Positions 57,846-64,000 of a stretch of 64,000 nucleotides of DNA are shown piece by piece. The position numbers were made by a program, and so were the translations under genes. Position 1 is the stretch's first letter. The number at the start of each line of letters is the position of its first letter. The notes under the pieces were generated by a model. The model did not search any database. It had not been told where the DNA came from and saw only the letters and a list, made by a program, of their open reading frames with translations. This DNA comes from an uncultured Gammaproteobacteria bacterium. Its GTDB lineage: Bacteria; Patescibacteriota; Patescibacteriia; UBA1558; 2-01-FULL-52-15. The DNA is taken from contig CAYRBH010000004.1 in assembly GCA_964422585.1 (NCBI GenBank), forward strand, positions 886 through 64,885, read 5' to 3'.

Positions 57846-59042
57846 ATGCTCAATAAAGTCCCGGAAATCACGCTCTGGTTCTGGTTTATTAAGGTTATGT
57901 GTACCACGGTCGGAGAAACAGCCGCTGACTACTTGAATGTTAACCTCAACCTTGGGCTTACCGGTACATCGATCATCACCGGAGTCCTGCTCGCCGTTGC
58001 ATTGTTCTTCCAATTCAGGGCAAAGAAGTATGTTCCGGTTACCTACTGGCTTTCCGTTATGTTTATTAGTGTTTTCGGAACGCTGGTGACTGATAACCTG
58101 ACGGACAAAATCGGTGTGCCGCTTGAAACGAGCACCATCGTTTTTAGCATTCTTTTGGCGGCCACGTTTCTCATTTGGTATTATTTCGAGAAGACGCTCT
58201 CGATCCATTCGATCTTTACCTCACGACGCGAAGCGTTTTATTGGCTCGCGATTCTCTTTACCTTTGCACTTGGCACGGCAGCAGGCGACCTCATGGCAGA
58301 AGGTTTGGGTCTTGGGTATGCGACCACTGGCTTTATCATCGCGGGACTCATCGCGCTATTCGCGATCGGCTGGCGACTGAAGCTCAATCCAGTGCTCTCA
58401 TTCTGGCTCATCTATATTCTGACCAGACCCCTCGGCGCATCGATCGGTGATTACCTCTCGCAGCAGCCGAAGTATGGCGGATTAGGACTTGGCGCAACGA
58501 TCACCAGCTTTATTTTTGTGGGCGGTATTCTGGTCATTGTCGCGTACCTTTCGATCTCGAAGAAAGATCGTATTGATAAAGAAACAACACAAGAGATCAG
58601 AGAAGAAATCGTTGCAGATCAAAGCAGGAGCGGCCTGCTCCAGACCGCGGTCGTGGTTACACTGCTGGTAATTGCCGGCCTTATTGGATATCACGTGCGA
58701 CAGGCAGCGCTTCAGATGCCAGAGACGACCGCGCAGCCGACTGCCACGAGCACTCCTGGCTCCGTTCAGCAATCACCGCTTGGTGACCTTTCTTCATTCA
58801 AAACCATTACCCAAGACTCCCTCGATCTGCTGAACGCAGGAAATCAGTCCGGCGCGACTACTCGTATCGGAGATTTGGAATATGAATGGGATACTGCCGA
58901 GGCGCGTTTGAAGCCGAAAGATATAGCAGTATGGACTCTTATAGACGGCAAAATTGATACAGTATTACGAGAACTGAGGGCGGTGAATCCGCATGCGACG
59001 ACTGAGAAAGCAGCGCTTGAAGCCTTACTCGCCGTTCTGTAG
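57846..59042 (+). CDS. DUF347-repeat (COG4705-like) membrane-anchored protein with a C-terminal extracytoplasmic domain
   Basis: Three to four internal repeats of a TM hairpin with G(E/T)(T/A)A(A/G)D(Y/L)L cores (TVGETAADYL, ALGTAAGDLM, RPLGASIGDYL). The ORF track starts at 57759. Confidence 0.5.
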   Translation: MLNKVPEITLWFWFIKVMCTTVGETAADYLNVNLNLGLTGTSIITGVLLAVALFFQFRAKKYVPVTYWLSVMFISVFGTLVTDNLTDKIGVPLETSTIVFSILLAATFLIWYYFEKTLSIHSIFTSRREAFYWLAILFTFALGTAAGDLMAEGLGLGYATTGFIIAGLIALFAIGWRLKLNPVLSFWLIYILTRPLGASIGDYLSQQPKYGGLGLGATITSFIFVGGILVIVAYLSISKKDRIDKETTQEIREEIVADQSRSGLLQTAVVVTLLVIAGLIGYHVRQAALQMPETTAQPTATSTPGSVQQSPLGDLSSFKTITQDSLDLLNAGNQSGATTRIGDLEYEWDTAEARLKPKDIAVWTLIDGKIDTVLRELRAVNPHATTEKAALEALLAVL

Positions 59043-59167
59043 TAAGTATGATGCAACTGTCGAAGAAGCTTGTTGTATAGGTTTTTTGGTCAAAGATACC
59101 TAGCTGAACCCCGAGCAGGCGCATAGAATGGATTTTTTCAGAGATTTGTGTAGACTTAGTCCTATCT

Positions 59168-60613
59168 ATGCCCAAAGATACCTCATCACAATCCATTACC
59201 AAACGCGCTGACGATTTCTCGCAGTGGTATTTAGATGTCATTGCGGCCGCTGATTTAGCTGAGCATTCTGAGATCAAAGGTTCGATGATCATCAAGCCAT
59301 ATGGCTATGCGATCTGGGAGCGTATGCAGCGTATTTTAGATGATCGTATCAAAGCGACCGGACATGAGAACGCGTATTTCCCGCTGCTTATCCCTGAGAG
59401 CTATCTGCACAAGGAAAAGGAACATGTTGAGGGTTTTTCTCCTGAGCTTGCCATCGTGACGCATGCTGGCGGGGCGAAGTTAGACGAGCCATTGGTCGTG
59501 CGGCCGACCTCAGAGACCATCATCAATGCTTCATTTTCACGTTGGATACAGTCCTGGCGCGATCTGCCGATGTTGATCAATCAATGGGCTAATATCGTTC
59601 GATGGGAATTGCGACCTCGATTGTTCTTGCGAACGACTGAGTTCCTCTGGCAAGAAGGTCATACTGCGCATCGCACTGAAGCCGAGGCCGAGGCAGAGAC
59701 AAAAAAAATGCTAGAGGAGTATCGCCTCTTCGTTGAGCAGTATCTAGCCATACCGGTCATCGCCGGACAGAAAACTGAAGCTGAGAAGTTCGCCGGTGCC
59801 CTGCGGACCTATACAGTTGAAGCTTTGATGCCGGATGGTAAAGCTTTGCAGATGGGTACGTCGCATAACTTGGGGCAGAATTTCGCGAAAGTGTTCGATG
59901 TGACATTCCTCGACGAAGATAATACCCAGAAGCATGTATGGCAGACTAGCTGGGGCGTATCGACCAGAATGATCGGAGGACTGATCATGGCGCATAGTGA
60001 TGATAAAGGTTTAATGCTGCCTCCCAAGATAGCTCCGACACAGGTGGTTATCATTCCGATCGCGAAGAGCGATGCCGAACGTTCATCCGTCATGCATGTC
60101 GTTAGCCATATCGAGCAGCAGCTGATGGCGGCAGATATCAGGGTAAAGGTAGATATGCGCGAGGGTCAGACCTTCGGGGAAAAGACTTACTATTGGGAGA
60201 AGCGTGGCGTTCCGATCAGAGTAGAGGTTGGCCCGAAGGATATCGAGAAGAAGCAGGCAGTGGTCGTCCGTCGGAATAGGGGCGATAAGTCGCAGGTAGC
60301 TTTGGATGAGCTGGTTGGAAGCGTCGTGAAACATCTGGCAGATATGCAGACGATGCTCTATGAGGCAGCACTGAAGCGCCGCACCGAAGGATCAGTCTTC
60401 GTCGAGAAGTACGACGATTTTGTGGTGGCCATAGAGAAAGGACAGCTGGTGTATGCGCCCTGGGCAGGTACGACAGACGATGAGGCGCAGATCAAAGCCG
60501 AGACCAAGGCGACGATACGTTGTATACCATTCGCATCGCCCTACAAAGGCGGAACGTGCATTAGAACAGGAGTACAGACCAAGGTCATTGCTGTTTTCGC
60601 CAAGTCCTACTGA
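59168..60613 (+). CDS. proS: Proline--tRNA ligase, archaeal/eukaryotic-type (short, no INS domain)
   Basis: 481 aa with class II motifs, the N-terminus FSQWYLDVIAAADLAEHSEIKGSMIIKPYGYAIWE and a C-terminal zinc-binding-type domain. Confidence 0.9.
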   Translation: MPKDTSSQSITKRADDFSQWYLDVIAAADLAEHSEIKGSMIIKPYGYAIWERMQRILDDRIKATGHENAYFPLLIPESYLHKEKEHVEGFSPELAIVTHAGGAKLDEPLVVRPTSETIINASFSRWIQSWRDLPMLINQWANIVRWELRPRLFLRTTEFLWQEGHTAHRTEAEAEAETKKMLEEYRLFVEQYLAIPVIAGQKTEAEKFAGALRTYTVEALMPDGKALQMGTSHNLGQNFAKVFDVTFLDEDNTQKHVWQTSWGVSTRMIGGLIMAHSDDKGLMLPPKIAPTQVVIIPIAKSDAERSSVMHVVSHIEQQLMAADIRVKVDMREGQTFGEKTYYWEKRGVPIRVEVGPKDIEKKQAVVVRRNRGDKSQVALDELVGSVVKHLADMQTMLYEAALKRRTEGSVFVEKYDDFVVAIEKGQLVYAPWAGTTDDEAQIKAETKATIRCIPFASPYKGGTCIRTGVQTKVIAVFAKSY

Positions 60614-60698
60614 ATTACGTCCTGTTGACATCCTCCCTTTGCAATCTCTCGAAAAGTGCTATAATACCTAGGTTAATTAATAAACCATAAAAAACGTT

Positions 60699-60980
60699 AT
60701 GGCAAAGATGACTAAGTCACAGATGATGTCAGCCCTCGCAGAGAAGTCTGGCATGTCTAAGAAAGACATCGGCATGCTGGTAGAGACCATGGTGAATATG
60801 GCCTATGCCGAAGTTAAGAAGAATGGTGAATTCACCATTCCTGGCATCGGTAAGCTGGTGAAGCAGCATCGTAAGGCTCGCATGGGCCGCAACCCAGCCA
60901 CTGGCGCTGAGATCCAGATCCCTGCTAAGACTGTCTGCAAGTTCCGCGTAGCAAAGGCAGCTAAGGACGCGATCTTGTAA
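60699..60980 (+). CDS. hup: DNA-binding protein HU
   Basis: 93 aa, with MSKKDIGMLVETMVNMAYAEVKKNGEFTIPGIGKL and an arm containing RNPATG. Confidence 0.9.
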   Translation: MAKMTKSQMMSALAEKSGMSKKDIGMLVETMVNMAYAEVKKNGEFTIPGIGKLVKQHRKARMGRNPATGAEIQIPAKTVCKFRVAKAAKDAIL

Positions 60981-61000
60981 GCAACTGTACAGAAATTCAA

Positions 61001-61026
61001 AAAGACCCCCGTAAGGGGGTCTTTTG
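61001..61026. terminator. Bidirectional intrinsic terminator (aaaa gaccccc gtaa gggggtc tttt)
   Basis: 7-bp GC stem with a GTAA loop, flanked by A4 and T4. Confidence 0.85.
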
Positions 61027-61035
61027 TCTGTAAAA

Positions 61036-61070
61036 GCAAAAGCACCGGGCAAGGGATTGGACCCTGTGCG
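61036..61070 (-). terminator. Intrinsic terminator of the GC-rich ORF (gcaccgggc ... gcccggtgc followed by TTTTGCTTTT on the minus strand)
   Basis: 9-bp stem visible in the sequence. It lies just 3' of a T-arm-like fragment. Confidence 0.55.
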
Positions 61071-61130
61071 CCCGGTGCCTCGAGGGATTCGAACCCTCAG
61101 AAACTGATGCTGCTATGCAGGAAAGGAAGA

Positions 61131-61499
61131 TCAGGCAGCGGCGAGGCGGCCGGTAGTGACGTCGAGCCGTTTCAGCATAGATTCGTAGCGTTCCTCGTCA
61201 GGGGTGACCCGGTCGAGGATTTCCCAGTTGCGGTACAGATGGGGGAGCTCAGCGAGATCCCCGATCTCGCGCCCGAGGAGGGCGTCGTCTGCGGGCTTTC
61301 CGTTGCCCGCGATACGCCACATTGGGTCATGCGCTTTGATGCGGAATTTCGTCTTCCACTCGGTCTCGACCACCAGTACGAGTTCGCCCGCGCGAATTCC
61401 GGAACGACCCTCTTCGGTCTCGACGGTTTGGACAGGTTCGCTGCGGCGAACCGGACGCGACGTCGTATCCGAAGCCTTCTCCCTTGCCGAAGCTTTCAT
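61131..61499 (-). CDS. Hypothetical protein (122 aa), GC-rich (about 62%)
   Basis: Single clean ORF with no recognisable motif. Composition is distinct from the neighbouring hup and dnaG. Confidence 0.4.
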   Translation of the reverse strand: MKASAREKASDTTSRPVRRSEPVQTVETEEGRSGIRAGELVLVVETEWKTKFRIKAHDPMWRIAGNGKPADDALLGREIGDLAELPHLYRNWEILDRVTPDEERYESMLKRLDVTTGRLAAA

Positions 61500-61688
61500 C
61501 TGTCACTCCTCCTTGATCCTTTTTGACACGGTCCGTATCCCAGACGCATTGTTGCGGTATTCCCCGCCTTCCTTTCTTCCTGTATACAGGATTGAGATGA
61601 ACGAAAATGAATAATCATTATACGATTGTAAGAGTTATTTGTCAATATACTTTTTGCATAAAACCTTAAAGGGAAGTAGAATTCGGGC

Positions 61689-63458
61689 ATGACTCCCATT
61701 GAAGAAATCAAATCAAAACTCGCTATTGAGCAGATCATCGGTGACTATATCCCGCTCAAGCAAGCTGGCATGAACTGGAAAGGGCTTTGTCCATTCCACC
61801 AGGAGAAGACCCCCTCATTCATGGTCAGTCAGGACAAGCAGATCTGGCATTGTTTCGGTTGCAATGAGGGTGGCGATGTTATTACCTTCGTGCAAAAGTA
61901 TGAAGGCATGGAATTCCGTGAGGCAGCCGAACTTTTGGCTCAGAAAGCCGGAGTAGTATTGACCGGCTTTACAGCGCCGGACCAAAGTAAGAAGAAAATA
62001 CTCTATGACATCAATGCAGCAGCGCAGGAGTTCTACAGCCGTGAGCTCGCGGGGGATAGTGTTGCGGCGAAGAAAACCCGTGAATATCTTATGGGCCGCG
62101 GTGTAACGAAAGAAATGGCTACAGCCTGGGGTCTTGGTTTATCGCCAGACTCCTGGGACGGACTCTACCTGTACTTGCAAGAAAAGAAGTATGCAGTTGC
62201 AGATATGGTGAGCGCTGGGTTGGTCATTAACCGAGAGCAGAAGCTCTATGATCGCTTCCGGAGACGACTCATGTTCCCCATCGCTGACGCGCAGGGCAAG
62301 GTCGTCGCCTTCACGGCACGTACTTTGCAGTATATCGCCTATGATGAAGAGGACAGCCAGGGCAAGTATGTGAATAGTCCGGCAACGCAGCTCTATACTA
62401 AGAGCCAGGTGCTCTATGGCTTCGATAGAGCAAAGCATGCTATCAAACGTCTCGGCTATGCCATCATCGTTGAGGGTAATATGGACACCATTATGTCGCA
62501 TAGCTGCGGCATAGAGAATGTGGTCGCGGTTTCAGGAACTGCTTTGACTTCAGAGCAATTGAAAGTATTGAAACGCTATACCGATAATATTATTTTAGCA
62601 TTTGACGCTGACTCGGCAGGCTCCGCGGCAGTATTTCGGGGCGTGACCTTGGCGTGGGAGCAGGATATGAATGTGAAGGTCATCGTATTGACCGAGGGTA
62701 AGGATCCGGCGGATATCATTTTGAAAGATCCTGAACTCTGGAAGCAAGCCATCAAGACTTCCATCGGCGTCGTAGATTTCTATATCGAAGCGATTTTCAA
62801 GCGGGTCGATCTGACTCGCGCAGACCATAAGAAGCTGGCGGCACAGAGGATAGTCAGTATTATCAATAAGTTGAAGACCAAGATCGAGCAGGCTCATTAT
62901 GTGACTTTGCTCGCGCAGAAGCTACAGATGCAGGAAAGCATACTCTGGTCTATGGTGGAGACGCCTCAGACGAAGCAAGAGCCTCTGCAGGAAGAAGCGC
63001 CTCGTCCTGATTCGAAGAAAGGGTCGGCATTTTTCTCGGAGCACCTCATCTCCTTCATGCTCCAGTATCCTGATATGGGACGGGCGGTGATCGATGAGCT
63101 TGAGCCGGACATGCTGTCGCCTGACCTGCAGGACCTTTACAAGAAAATAATAGTTCAGTATACTGAGAACCAATTGCCGAACTTTATTGAACTAAGCTCC
63201 GAGCTATCGCCAGATGAGTTGCGTCGCTGGAGCGAACTTGTTTTCCAAGGAGAGCGATTTTATGGAAGCCTGCTCCCAGAGCAGCGCTTACATGAGCTTG
63301 AGAGGTTGCGTAGCCTCGTCATACACGCCTACTACACCGCACAACTTCAGGAATTAACTGAAGCTATCAAGCGTGCGGAAGTGCTGGGTGATCAAGACGC
63401 TTTGGATACGCTGCTCCAGGCATACAATGCACTAAGCAAAAAACGAGTTAGCAGATAG
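61689..63458 (+). CDS. dnaG: DNA primase
   Basis: CHC2 zinc finger (CPFHQEKTPSFMV...WHCFGC) and a TOPRIM region (EGNMD...DAD). 589 aa. Confidence 0.93.
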   Translation: MTPIEEIKSKLAIEQIIGDYIPLKQAGMNWKGLCPFHQEKTPSFMVSQDKQIWHCFGCNEGGDVITFVQKYEGMEFREAAELLAQKAGVVLTGFTAPDQSKKKILYDINAAAQEFYSRELAGDSVAAKKTREYLMGRGVTKEMATAWGLGLSPDSWDGLYLYLQEKKYAVADMVSAGLVINREQKLYDRFRRRLMFPIADAQGKVVAFTARTLQYIAYDEEDSQGKYVNSPATQLYTKSQVLYGFDRAKHAIKRLGYAIIVEGNMDTIMSHSCGIENVVAVSGTALTSEQLKVLKRYTDNIILAFDADSAGSAAVFRGVTLAWEQDMNVKVIVLTEGKDPADIILKDPELWKQAIKTSIGVVDFYIEAIFKRVDLTRADHKKLAAQRIVSIINKLKTKIEQAHYVTLLAQKLQMQESILWSMVETPQTKQEPLQEEAPRPDSKKGSAFFSEHLISFMLQYPDMGRAVIDELEPDMLSPDLQDLYKKIIVQYTENQLPNFIELSSELSPDELRRWSELVFQGERFYGSLLPEQRLHELERLRSLVIHAYYTAQLQELTEAIKRAEVLGDQDALDTLLQAYNALSKKRVSR

Positions 63459-63460
63459 CT

Positions 63461-64000
63461 ATGGCAAAGAAAAAAATGCAGATGAAAAAAAAGCCTTCCG
63501 TCAAAAAGAAGGCGGTGAAGGGCACAAAGTCGAAACGCGTATCTTCGAAAAAACTCAAACTCGCAGGTCCTCGCGTCAGAACAACCCTTGATACGCAATC
63601 GGTTGAACGTCTTATAGAAAAAGGCAGGTCACGAGGCTTCGTTACTGAGAATGAGCTGGTACGAGTGTTCATTGAGTTAGAAGATCACATCGAAGAATTT
63701 GAGGATTTTCTGGATGACCTTGATATCATGGGTGTGCAGGTTGTTTCGATAGACGGCGGCATTCTGGACATGGGCAAGGAGGATCGGACTGGAAAAGTAT
63801 TCAGCGATGCCGGCATTGCTCGCGACAAGAAACGGATGGATCTCTCTGATATTTCGGCTGACTCTATCCAAATGTATCTGCGTGAGATCGGTAAGGTGCC
63901 GCTCTTGAACCAAGAAGAGGAAGTTATTTACGCGAAATTGAAGGAAAAGGGTGATGCTGAGGCCCGCAAGAAGCTGGTCGAATCAAACTTACGTCTCGTT
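63461..64000 (+). CDS. rpoD: RNA polymerase sigma factor RpoD, primary sigma-70 (5' part; continues beyond the window)
   Basis: ATG at 63461, 2 nt after the dnaG stop (the classic dnaG-rpoD arrangement). Lys-rich N-terminus, then region 1.2/2 sequence (IQMYLREIGKVPLLNQEEEVIYAKL...LVESNLRLV). Open to the window end. Confidence 0.85.
   Translation, partial: MAKKKMQMKKKPSVKKKAVKGTKSKRVSSKKLKLAGPRVRTTLDTQSVERLIEKGRSRGFVTENELVRVFIELEDHIEEFEDFLDDLDIMGVQVVSIDGGILDMGKEDRTGKVFSDAGIARDKKRMDLSDISADSIQMYLREIGKVPLLNQEEEVIYAKLKEKGDAEARKKLVESNLRLV

Noticed and set aside
61040-61100. Possible complete minus-strand tRNA around the T-arm-like GAGGGTTCGAATCCCTC
   Set aside because: Could not fold an anticodon arm, D-arm or acceptor pairing upstream. 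Only the T-arm is present, so it is treated as a fragment.

Overview
This 64 kb window is a dense, mostly housekeeping stretch of a small-genome bacterium with overall GC near 48–50%. Archaeal/eukaryotic-type ProRS, a translin-family protein, RNase J, PEP synthase, sparse biosynthesis and many small membrane proteins are compatible with a CPR/Patescibacteria-like lineage, but there is no rRNA here to confirm that. Confident core genes: tsaD-tsaE, valS, a GspE/PilB-type ATPase, ftsH, rpsA, a second sigma-70, gyrA, ruvB, ychF, uvrD/pcrA-like helicase, a GT-C (ArnT/PMT-like) glycosyltransferase, folD-glyA, a PGM/PMM-family mutase, trpS, rnj, a family-5 solute-binding protein, secG, uvrC, uvrA, an O-antigen-ligase-like protein, groES-groEL with a textbook sigma70 promoter and CIRCE operator, ppsA, tRNA-Ser(GGA), proS, hup, dnaG and the 5' end of primary rpoD. 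Between these lie several compositionally deviant islets. Three are GC-rich (58–68% GC): 16.9–19.1 kb (a secreted internal-repeat protein plus two paralogous small proteins with their own promoter and terminator); 49.1–50.4 kb (lipoprotein plus membrane protein); and 61.1–61.5 kb (one ORF next to a tRNA T-arm fragment). Two are AT-rich: 23.2–24.8 kb (NDT-like protein, tandem-repeat anchored protein, small TM protein, 51-aa zinc-ribbon ORF); and 56.6–59.0 kb (immediately 3' of tRNA-Ser, with a 19-nt direct repeat of the tRNA 3' end, followed by a YdeI/OmdA-like protein, a protein with a C-terminal HEPN-like Rx5H motif, and a DUF347-repeat membrane protein). The tRNA-linked cargo with the HEPN-like protein and the 16.9–19.1 kb GC-rich secreted-protein islet are the best candidates for undescribed accessory or defence-like content. 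Unannotated short ORFs with full expression signals were also found: 21 aa at 20295–20360, 55 aa at 41492–41659, 51 aa at 23034–23189, and 48 aa at 46336–46482. Everything rests on reading the sequence and motif recall; no database search could be run.
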